From positions 8,556,001 through 8,620,000 of the forward strand of contig CM120649.1 in NCBI GenBank assembly GCA_051362555.1: 64,000 nt of DNA, given 5' to 3'. This DNA is from Lingula anatina. Taxonomy: Eukaryota > Animalia > Brachiopoda. The first letter of the stretch is position 1, and every line of letters starts with the position of its first letter. Shown here piece by piece: positions 25,418 through 37,000 of the stretch. A program made the translations under genes and the position numbers. The notes beneath the pieces were generated by a model. That model made no database searches. It was not told the DNA's origin and worked only from the letters and a program-made list of their open reading frames with translations.

Positions 25418-27845
25418 CTTTTTGGGTGTGTTTAAATGGACCTAACTTTCTTACCTCTTTTCTTGATATCCTCAGCAAGTGACACACTGTTTGCATCTTT
25501 AATGTCGGCTAAAGCAAAAAATATGGAATAGAAACCAAATGAAACAAAATCCATGTTCAAACGGAATTCGGGCACAAATACGGAATTACATTGGTGAAAA
25601 CACATTCAAATACAATTCACTTAAAATAAATTTGGATCTTCTTAAGTATGCTAAAGACAAGACTTTGGATAAGCAACGTGGTGTGTGTGTGTACTGTGTG
25701 AGAGTGCATGTTAGTGCGTGTGGACGCATGTGCATTACTGAGTTTCTGGTCTCACCTATCTCCTCAATACTTTTAACAACTGTTAAAACTGTTGCATATT
25801 TCTTGTCTTTGGTATCAACTGAAAGAACAGAAGCAAATTTAAAGAAGTGCAAATCATGTTCAATCTTTACACAGTAAAAGCATGGATTTTTCTGAAAATA
25901 AAGAGAGTGTGTGTGTAAGTGTGCACATTTGTAGATTTCATATGTGTATTTAAATAATAAATATTTTACTGAGATTCCTGTCTTACCAGTCTCTTCAGTG
26001 TTAGGAGCTTTTACTCTGTTATCATCCTTGGTAACTGAAACAGAATAATTAAAATGAAAAGGAATACAATTTATATTGAATCTAAGCTTAACACGTTACG
26101 TTACGGCAGTAGTAATGTAATTACAGGTAAGTAAGAAACAAGAGGGGATGTGTTAGTCAGTTATGTTTTTTTATTAATCTTATTGCATTCTGAAGTTTCC
26201 ATGGAGTTTGTGCACATTAGCTAGGTAGACAAAATTGACCAAATTCATTGTGAATGTTCCCTGGTAATCAACAGCTTCAAGGGTCAAGACTTGCACCCTG
26301 AGAGTTAAGGTGTTTGTAGTAAAAAACAATGATACTTTTACTTCAAGATTCCTTGCAAATAGTGAGAATGAACAAACACACCAAGTAAATTGCTAAAATC
26401 AACTGAATTATTACCTGCAATTTGCTTATCACTGGTGTGGACTTCAGGTTCATATGTGTAGTTAGACTCTGGAATAAGATGCATACATTTTTTGTTATTC
26501 ACAAATTATGATATAGACATTGAGAATGAAATAGTCTAAATTTCATTTGATAGAATAAAAGGGCCATTTCTTTCCATATCTTACATTTTATAGAATAATA
26601 ATGTTAATTCGCCTTTCTTTCCATTAGTTAGATTTAATAGAATTACAAGACCTTTTATTTCCATGTCCAGTTCTCCCCATGTACAGGTCACTTCCATGCT
26701 GTCCTTGGTGGTCACCTGGAGGCACCTGTTCCTAAAGGGTTCAGGCTCCCATATCCAGCCAGACCCAGGGTGGTAAGGCTAAATAAATAAATAAATAAAT
26801 AAATAAATTGAAGATAAGTTGATGTCTGAAATGAAAAAGAAAATTCAAATGAAAAGATACATATATTTAAAATTTGACTAATAAAATACATTGTAATCTA
26901 CAAGAAATGAATGAAGCTAAAAAAAAAAAACACTTAAATTTGTTGAACTTAGATTTTATTTTTCAATAAAAAGGAAAATTATTTTCATCTCAGTTCATTT
27001 GTCATTACAAATAAATTAATATATTATACTTACGTTTTGCAGTCTAACAAACTTCCACTCTATATTTGCAGCCTTGGGCAGAAGAACTTCCGCCCTTAGA
27101 ACAGGGACACCCAACTCGGTGCACCTAGCAAGGTTTACACCACGTTGGGTGTCCCATGTTCCAAGGGCAGTTCCTCTGCCCACTGCTTTGGCTTTTAAGA
27201 TATTGTCCTTTAGGACTATTCGAACAGTGGCCATGGCTGTTTAAAATGAAACAGAAAATAGAAAGAAATCTTGTCAATATATCTTTTTTGATGTTGTAAT
27301 TGCAGACATTCAAATCACTCACTAAATATAAAAAAAGGATATATTGCATTCTTATTATGAATAAGTAAGTCAATTTCTTTTTCATTTACATAAGAACATT
27401 TAAAAAGTATGCAAGAGCAGTTTAGGACAATGTATTGATTTGGTAGAACATGTATTAGACTTGGTTCCCATACCTAGATCTATCTTATATAGGATCAATC
27501 CATCTCCAAGAGGTTTCTCCCTAAATTGCAATCAACTTAAGCAGCTTAGATGTGTGCCAGAAGCTGCTAGGGGGATATTAATGATCATTTAGCACCTTCA
27601 GTAGGAGTGGCAGACATCTAAGACGCTTAAGATGAAAGCAATTTTGGGAGAAACCCCTTGGAGATGGATCGGCCCTGTCAGATCGATCTAGGTATGGGAA
27701 CTCGGTCTATGACTCATACAGTGTACAGCCTGATTATATATATATGAATAACTTCTCGTGCATGCACGCACACATACACACACACACACAACTTACGAGC
27801 ACACTGCTCTTCTTTGTTATTTTCAATTTCCATATTAACTGACAT
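24547..27845 (-). CDS. CBM20 (starch/glycogen-binding) domain protein with microexon-encoded repeats and basic amphipathic C-terminus, 242 aa
   Basis: Coding exons (minus strand): 27845-27797, 27236-27034, 26778-26652, 26468-26415, 26034-25987, 25818-25756, 25508-25455, 25245-25198, 24629-24547. All introns are GT-AG with compatible phases, giving a 729-nt open frame. CBM20 signature: VGRGTALGTWD...VLLPKAANIEWKFV...WIWE..RNR...VTCTW. A non-coding first-exon donor lies at ~28067. Confidence 0.85.
27458..27707. mobile_element. Palindromic MITE, family copy 3, in the intron after the first coding exon of the CBM20 gene
   Basis: GACTTGGTTCCCATACCTAGATC / GATCTAGGTATGGGAACTCGGTC, flanked by TA. 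Nearly the whole element folds back on itself. Confidence 0.8.
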
Positions 27846-28139
27846 CTGCAATAAATAAATCAAATCATACTTTAACATGTTCCAATAACAGATTTCAGTT
27901 GCATCTTTCTTTTGTAGTGATACACTCCATTATATTGGGATTATCAGCAAAAAATTGACGTTGTGTAACAGGAAATTCTCCAAAATTTCATTTAGAATTA
28001 ATTTATCATATAAAAAAAACTTGGATACAAACTTTCATGGTCAATTTTGAACAAAAATTTAACTTACCAGCTACTGTGCAAAATTATATCTTTGCTTTGT
28101 TTACTAAAACAATAAACAGGAATAATTACTGTATAAAAA

Positions 28140-28225
28140 AAATTTGATTGGACAGCTCCTGTATTGTTCCTTAACTTTAAACCAATAGGAATGGCGCTAT
28201 TTTAACGGTCTCGACGTGACTTTCT
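28140..28225 (-). promoter_or_regulatory. Candidate promoter of the CBM20 gene (two CCAAT boxes)
   Basis: ATTGG at 28147 and CCAAT at 28182 lie just upstream of the putative first exon ending at the donor near 28067. The TSS is not determined. Confidence 0.4.
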
Positions 28226-28864
28226 CTGCTTTACAAATCACACTATATCACACACAACTGGAGCCTGGTTATCCTGTGTAATGCCTCCATCCTTGCACGT
28301 TTTTTTTTTTTTTTAGGAAGCAGGCGATGAACCTCTCTCTCTGACTGATATCGGTTGGGGTCTATGGTGCAAACCCAAAGTCTCACCTCTTGCACAGCGC
28401 CATCTATACTCGATGTTAACATGGCGTCAGCGAAAGGTGATGATAAAAGCCGAAAATTTCATCCAACTTTCTGTACACTGGGTGTCATCTTCAGTCAGGG
28501 CATTCTTAAATGGTAATTCTGCCATGATTGCAAAACGTCATCAGGATAAAACATTTGAAATGAAGGATACGTATATGATATCGACTGTGTCAGTTGTTCA
28601 CTGTTCACATCACGATGCAATGTGCTTGTCACAATGTGACGATAACACGATTTATAGACCGTTGGCTGCAGATAATAAGTGCTTTTGGAAAACAGATGAG
28701 ATTGAATGCCGTCATCCACTTTAACTTTTTCATCTGTAATGATGCAACATTTTGCGATGGCAGGTGAGATGATTATAAATCAAGCACAACTGACGTTGTG
28801 TCTTCTTTTATGAATACAATTTCCTATTGTTCTTCTTGAGTCATCTGAAGAGTTCCAACGCAAA

Positions 28865-29724
28865 ATGATCGCCGACAGGGTTCCTGTAAATACCCGAAAC
28901 ATAATCATCAACGACCTATATGCTCTTTTGCGCTCCCAGACTGAAGACGACAGGGACATCAGCTACAGCAGAGAAGTATGGATCCCGACTGATAGGAATA
29001 TTACTAATGAAAATTTGAACATCAGAGACCTCAATATAATCACTGAGCATTGTTGTTGGCTGAATGGAACGATAATTGACGCTTGTCATGATATAATTAA
29101 ACACCAATTCCCGCTTCCAGAAGGACTCTAGTCTTGTTCATTGGCAGTACAGTTAGATTTCAAACATCACAAAAATCAATTTATCCAAATTATAAACCGA
29201 ACACCAGACAGCGGAACACATTTGCTCACAGTTTCAAACATCGGGTGTGCCCCAGATCCGGTGAATATATGCGATTCCTCTTTCAGTGACATTCCAACCA
29301 TGGAAAAAATGTGCATTGCGACATTGATAGCACCATCGTCAAGAACTCTACACTAGTAAACTACAATTGCGGTCTGTACATCATAGTGAATATGGTTACC
29401 TTGGCACACGGCAAAGATCCAACAACCATGAATTATGACCACAAAAAACTTTGTTCACATTTTTTTTTTGTTTGTTTGTTTAAAATGGCGTCATCTATTG
29501 CTTTTCCTATAACAAGCAGGCGTAAAATTAAAAATCATATTAAAAAAAACTCCCTTGTGACCAATTTATACTGTGAATGCCAGCTGCCAGATACACACAC
29601 CCTGTATGTCATTTGTGACAGTTGCAATAAAGAATACCATCCTCTATGTATAGGTACGACAGATGATGACGCCTTAAAACAAGAGGGCATGTATTGTACA
29701 AAGTGCACAAAAAGCAGGCAATAA
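28865..29724 (+). pseudogene. Transposon-type Ulp1/C48 protease + PHD finger pseudogene
   Basis: WLNGTIIDA..IIKHQFP..GL*, FIQIINR..GTHLLTVSNIGC, ICDS, NCGLY..LAHGKDP and a C-terminal CECQLP...ICDSCNKEYHPLC...YCTKC. There is an in-frame stop at 29129 and a frameshift near 29355. No introns. Confidence 0.85.
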
Positions 29725-29912
29725 TAATAATAATAGTAATAACCCAATATATTTATATTTGTCTTGTTTTTCTTTTAGCATTACATAGATAATGTTCCCT
29801 TGTTCCACAATGTATTTAATACACGTTCCGCTTTTTATTGTATTCCACTGTTCCGTTGTTCTGGTTTTCTGTCTTTTAGTTTCTGCCATCACTAACATGT
29901 ATTAGCACAACC

Positions 29913-30081
29913 CAGGGGCGGATCCAGAGATATTTTCTGAGAGTCTTCAAAATTATGTTTGTTGATCCATCCTCCATTTTTGACCGTCTTCCGACAGAAA
30001 AAAATTAGATAACCGTAAATGTAAACTTGAAAATCTGACCGTCTTCCGGAAGACCCAGAAGACGGCCTAAATCTGCCCCTG
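29913..30081. mobile_element. Short TIR element, CAGGGGCGGAT family
   Basis: CAGGGGCGGATCCAG ... CTAAATCTGCCCCTG, with internal TGACCGTCTTCCG repeats. Confidence 0.7.
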
Positions 30082-30339
30082 CTACCGTCCTGAGTTTCAG
30101 TGACCACAGGAAATCCACCTGTCTTCTGTATTACCAGCACTGGTATAGTAGTATATGCCTCGGCTGTAACCAACAACAACACTTTATTTTGTTAGATAAT
30201 TTTTTTACACATTCCTTCACGCTTTATTTGTTGAATGAAAGTAATAAATTGCCAATACTCTCAGACTCTGGAACTTTCTGTGGAAAATTCCTGACCACTG
30301 AGTTTTTTATCTCTTCCAGTCCATCATCTGACTTTAGTC

Positions 30340-31036
30340 TACTACACTGTACTAGGAGCAGCTGACTAGGAGACACAGGACAATACTGACACAATGGAAT
30401 ACAATGACTCCAGACTACTACACTGTACTAGGAGACACAGGACTATACTGACACAATGGAATACAATGATTCCAGAATACTACACTGTACAAGGAGACAC
30501 AGGACTATACTGCCACAATGGAGCACAATGACTCCAGACTACTACACTGTACTAGAAGACAAAGGACTACACTGACACAATGGAATACGATGACTCCAGA
30601 CTACTACACTGTATTAGGAGACACAGGACTACACTGACACAATGGAATACAATGACTCCAGACTACTACACTGTATTAGGAGACACAGGACTACATTGAC
30701 ACAATGGAATACAATGACTCCAGACTACTACACTGTATTAGGAGACACAGGACTATACTGACACAATGGAATACAATGACTCCAGACTACTACACTGTAC
30801 TAGAAGACACAGGACTATACTGACACAATGGAATTCAGTGACTCCAGACTACTACACTGTATTAGGAGACACAGGACTATACTGCCACAATGGAACAGAA
30901 TGACTCATGACTACTTCACTGTACTAGGAGACACAGGACTATACTGACACAATGGAATACAATGACTCCAGACTACTACATTGTACTAGGGGGCAGAGGG
31001 CTATACTGTCACAATGGAACACATTAACTCCAGACT
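30340..31036. repeat. 62-bp minisatellite, ~11 copies
   Basis: CAGACTACTACACTGTA(C/T)TAGGAGACACAGGACTATACTGACACAATGGAATACAATGACTC recurs at 30411, 30473, 30535, 30597, 30659, 30721, 30783 and onward. Confidence 0.95.
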
Positions 31037-34000
31037 AATTTTCAAAATGGTCAAGTAACAACATAAGATTCATTCATTAAATGTTCTTCCATAGATCACA
31101 TAGTATTCTGGATCTTTTAATATTTCAGTGAATTTTTGAATCTGTAGTGCTGTAGTATAAAGCTTAATTTGTACAAATTTCTGAAGCATTAGACCAGATT
31201 TGACAAAATTATTAATGTATAACTATTTTAAGTCATGGAATTTGCCAGTTTTTTCAATGTAATTTTCAATTTTCTCAGTAATATTGTTCTTTTTAAGAGT
31301 GGCCTTACCATGAAAAAGCAGGCAGTGAAAGACAGCACCAAGAGCAGCACCAAGAGCAGCTATTTTAAGTCATGTCAGTATTTTTAGTGTAATTTTCATT
31401 TTTCTTAAATATATCGTCCATAGAAAATACTTTTCGTAAGACACACAGTCAACTGATCAGATTATCACAGATTTTTATTGATGTTAAGCATCATTTGTTA
31501 AAATATCAGAAATATTGGACAAGATTTGACAAAATTATTATCATTTAACAATTTTAAGTCATGGGGTTTGCCAGATTTTTTCAGTGTAATTTTCAGTTTT
31601 CTGAAGTTTGTTGTTCTTTCTTTCCAGAGTACCCTTACCATGAAAAAGGAGGCAGTGAAAGACAGCATCAAGAGAAGAACTATGTCTTATCCATGTGTAC
31701 AATACATGACATGTGGCAAGATTTAGAACATTGTCAAATATTGTGCTAACAACAAACCATTCCAAAAACCCATTGTGAGGAGTAATCTGCATCTGACATT
31801 GATAGTAAGGAGGAGTCTTGTATGGGTGTATATTGTTTTCCAGATGACAGCTGTAGGTAACTTGCAACCCCCCACACAAACAAACTCAAATCATCACATT
31901 TGCTGTTTTCTTTGGTAGTAAATAATACATTGCAATATTGCAATATCTGTTTTGAATAATTCTCACTCTACTGATTATCAATATCCAATAAACTGAGCAC
32001 TTAAAAAAACTCTGACAACTGATCAGATTATCACAGATTTTATTGTTGCCAAGCATCTTTTGATCAGATTATCACAAATTTTTATTCATGTTAAGCATCA
32101 TTTGTTAAAATATCAGAAATATTGGACTAGATTTGACAAAATTGTAAACGCTTAACTATTTTAAGTCATGAAATTTGCCAACTTATTTTCAGTGTAATTT
32201 TGAGTTTTCTCTAATATATCGTCTGAAGAAAATACTTTTCGTTAGACACAGTCAACTGATCAGCTTATCACAGATTTTTATTGTTGTTAAGCATCATTTG
32301 TAGAAAAATTTCAGAAACATTGGACAAGATTTGTCCAAATTATTAACATTTAACTATTTTAAGTCATGGAATTTGTCAGTGTTTTCAGTTTAATTTTCAT
32401 TTTTCTCAAATATATTGTCTATAGAAAATACTTTTCATTAGACACCCAGTCAACTGATCAGATTATCACATATTTTTATCGATGTTAAGCATCATTTGTT
32501 TAAATATCAGAAATATTGGAAAAGATTTGACAAAATTATTTACGTTAAACTATTTTAAGTCATGGGGTTTGCCAGTTTTTTTCAGTGTTATTTTCAGTTT
32601 TCTGAAGTTTATTGTTCTTTCTTTCCAGAGTACCCTTACCATGAAAAAGCAGGCTGTGAAAGACAGCATCAAGAGAAGAACTGTCTTATCCATGTGTACA
32701 ATACATGACATGTGGCAAGATTTAGGACATTGTCAAATATTGTGCTAGCAACAACCCATTCCAGAAACCCATTGTAAGGAGTAATCTGCATCTGACATTA
32801 ATAGTAAGGAGGAGTCTTGTATGGGTATATATTGTTTTCCAGATGACAGCTGTAGGTAACTTGGAACCTCCTACGCAAACAAACTCAAATCTTCACATTT
32901 TCTTTTTTCTTTGGTAGTAAACAATACATTGCAATATTGCAATATCTGTTTTGGTCAATTCTCACACTTCTGATTATCAATTTCCAATAAACTTGGCACT
33001 TAAAAAAACACAGTCAACTGATTAGCTTATCACAGATTTTTATTGTTGTTAAGCATCTTTTGTGCAAATTTCAGAAGTATTGGACAAGATTTGACAAAAT
33101 TATTAACGTTTAACTATTTTGAGCCATGGAATTTGCCAGTGTTTTTGTGGTAGTTTTCTGTTTTCCGAAATATATTGCCCCAAAGAACACTTTTCATTTG
33201 ACATTGACAACTGATCAGCTTATCACAGACTTTTATTGTTGTTAAGCATCATTTGTACAGATTTTAGAATTATTGGATGAGATTTGACAAAATTATTAAC
33301 GTTTAACTATTTTAAGTCATGGAATTTGCCAACTTATTTTCAGTGTAATTTTGAGTTTTCTCTAATATATTGACAAAAGAAAATACTTTTCGTTAGACAC
33401 AGTCAACTGATCGGCTTATCACAGATTTTTATTGTTATTAAGCATCATTTGTGCAAATTTCAGAAACATTGGACAAGATTTGTCCAAATTATGAACATTT
33501 AACTATTTTAAGTCATGGAATTTGTCAGTGTTTTCAGTTTAATTTTCATTTTTCTCAAATATATTGTCTATAGAAAATACTTTTCATTAGACACACAGTC
33601 AACTGATCAGATTATCACAGTTTTTATCGATGTTAAGCATCATTTGTTAAAATATCAGAAATATTGGAAAAGATTTGACAAAATTATTTACGTTAAACTA
33701 TTTTAAGTCATGGGGTTTGCCAGTTTTTTTCAGTGTAATTTCAGTTTTCTGAAGTTTATTGTTCTTTCTTTCCAGAGTACCCTTACCATGAAAAAGCAGG
33801 CTGTGAAAGACAGCATCAAGAGAAGAACTATGTCTTATCCATGTGTACAATACATGACAAGTGGCAAGATGTAGGACATTGTCAAATATTGTGCTAGCAA
33901 CAACCCATTCCAGAAACCCATTGTAAGGAGTAATCTGCATCTGACATTAATAGTAAGGAGGAGTCTTGTATGGGTATTTATTGTTTTCCAGATGACAGCT

Positions 34001-37000
34001 GTAGGTAACTTGGAACCTCCTACACAAACAAACTCAAATCATCACATTTTCTTTTTTCTTTGGTAGTAAATAATACATTGCAATATTGCAATATCTGTTT
34101 TGTTCAATTCTCACACTTCTGATTATCAATTTCCAATAAACTTGGCACTTAAAAAAACACAGTCAACTGATTAGCTTATCGCAGATTTTTATTGTTGTTA
34201 AGCATCTTTTGTGCAAATTTCAGAAGTATTGGACAAGATTTGCCAAAATTATTAACGTTTTACTATTTTGAGCCATGGAATTTGCCAGTGTTTTTATGGT
34301 AGTTTTCTGTTTTCAGAAATATATTGCCCCAAAGAACACTTTTCATTTGACACTGACAACTGATCAGCTTATCACAGACTTTTATTGTTGTTAAGCATCA
34401 TTTGTACAGATTTTAGAAACATTGGATGAGATTTGACAAAACTATTAACATTTAACTATTTTAAGTCATGGAATTTGCCAACTTATTTTCAGTGTAATTT
34501 TTAGTTTTCTCTAATATATCGTCCGAAGAAAATACTTTTCGTTAGACACAGTCAACTGATCAGCTTATCACAGATTTTCATTGTTGTTAAGCATCATTTG
34601 TGCAAATTTCAGAAACACTGGACAAAATTTGTCCAAATTATTAACATTTAACTATTTTAAGTCATGGAATTTGCCAGTGTTTTCAGTTTAATTTTCATTT
34701 TTCTTAAATATATCGTCTATAGAAAATACTTTTAATTAGACACACAGTCAACTGATCAGATTATCACAAATTTTTATCGATGTTAAGCATCATTTGTTAA
34801 AATATCAGAAATATTGGAAAAGATTTGACAAAATTATTTACGTTTAACTATTTTAAGTCATGGGGTTTGTCAGTTTTTTTCAGTGTAATTTCAGTTTTCT
34901 GAAGTTTATTGTTCTTTCTTTCCAGAGTACCCTTACCATGAAAAAGGAGGCAATGAAAGACAGCAGCAAAAGCAGCACTATGTCTTATCCATGTGTACAA
35001 TACATGACAAGTGGCAAGATTTAGGACATTGTCAAATATTGTGCTAACAACAACCCATTCCAGAAACCCATGGTGAGGAGTAATCTGCATCTGACATTGA
35101 TTGTAAGGAGGAGTCTTGTATGGGTATATATTGTTTTCCAGATGACAGCTGTAGGTAACTTGCAACCCCACACACAAACAAACTCAAATCATCACATTTG
35201 TTTTTTTGCAATAATATATTGCAATAATACATTGCAATATTGAAATATTTGTTTTGGTCAATTCTCACACTTCTGATTATCAATTTCCGATAAACTTGGC
35301 ACTTAAAAAAGACAGTCAACTGATTAGCTTATCACAGATTTTTATTGTTGTTTAACATCATTTGTGGAAATTTCAGAATCATTGGACAAGATTTGACAAA
35401 ATTATTAACGTTTAACTATTTTGAGCCATGGAATTTGCCAGTGTTTTTGTGGTAGTTTTCTGTTTTCCGAAATATATTGCCCCAAAGAACACTTTTCATT
35501 TGACATTGACAACTGATCAGCTTATCACAGACTTTTATTGCTGTTAAGCATCATTTGTACAGATTTTAGAATTATTGGATGAGATTTGACAAAATTATTA
35601 ACGTTTAACTATTTTAAGTCATGGAATTTGCCAACTTATTTTCAGTGTAATTTTGAGTTTTCTCTAATATATTGACAAAAGAAAATACTTTTCGTTAGAC
35701 ACAGTCCACTGATCAGCTTATCACAGATTTTTATTGTTGTTAAGCATCATTTGTGGAAATTTCAGAATCATTGGACAAGATTTGTCAAAATTATTAACAT
35801 TTAACTATTTTAAGTCATGGAATTTACCAGTGTTTTCAGTTTAATTTTCATTTTTCTCAAATATATCGTCTATAGAAAATACTTTTCATCAGACACACAG
35901 TCAACTGATCAGATTATCACAAATTTTTATTGATGTTAAGCATCATTTGTTAAAATATCAGAAATATTGGACAAGATTTGACAAAATTATGTATGTTTAA
36001 CAATTTTAAGTCATGGGGTTTGACAGTTTTTTCAGTGTAATTTTCAGTTTTCTGAAGTTTATTGTTCTTTCTTTCTAGAGTACCCTTACCATGAAAAAGG
36101 AGGCAGTGAAAGACAGCAGCAAGAGAAGAACTATGTCTTATCCATGTGTACAATACATGACATGTGGCAAGATTTAGCACATTGTCAAATATTGTGCTAA
36201 CAACAACCCATTCCAGAAACCCATTGTAAGGAGTAATCTGCATCTTACATTAATAGTAAGGAGGAGTCTTGTATGGGTATATATTGTTTTCCAGATGACA
36301 GCTGTAGGTAACTTGCAACCTCCTTCACAAACAAATTCAAATCATCACATTTGCTTTTTTCTTTGATAGTAAATAATACATTGCAATATTGCAATATTTG
36401 TTTTGGTCAAACCCACACTTCTGATAATCAATTTCCAATAAACTTGGCACTTAAAAAAACACAGTCAACTGATTAGCTTATCACAGATTTTTCTTGTTGT
36501 TAAGCATATTTTGTGGAAATTTCAGAAGTATTGGACAAGATTTGACAAAATTATTAACGTTTAACTCTTTTGAGCCACGGAATTTGCCAGTGTTTTTGTG
36601 GTAGTTTTCTGTTTTCAGAAATATATTGCCCCAAAGAACACTTTTCATTTGACATTGACAACTGATCAGCTTATTACAGACTTTTATTGTTGTTAAGCAT
36701 CATTTGTACAGATTTTAGAAACATTGGATGAGATTTGACAAAATTATTAACGTTTAACTATTTTAAGTCATGAAATTTGCCAACTTATATTCAGTGAAAT
36801 TTTTAGTTTTCTCTAATATATTGTCCGAAGAAAATACTTTTCGTTAGACACAGTCAACTGATTAGCTTATCACAGATTTTTATTGTTGTTAAGCATCATT
36901 TGTGCAAATTTCAGAATCATTGGACAAGATTTGACAAAATTATTAACGTTTAACTATTTTAAGTCATGGAATTTGCCAGTGTTTTTGTGGTAGTTTTCTG

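Noticed and set aside
30340-31036. Regularly spaced repeat as a CRISPR array
   Set aside because: The units are contiguous near-identical tandem copies with no unique spacers, there are no cas genes, and the context is eukaryotic.
31639-31850. Satellite insert as a CPBP/CAAX-protease fragment (LYTWIRHSSSLAAVFH)
   Set aside because: The resemblance is short and lacks the EExxxR and HxxxN motifs; it cannot be supported without a profile search.
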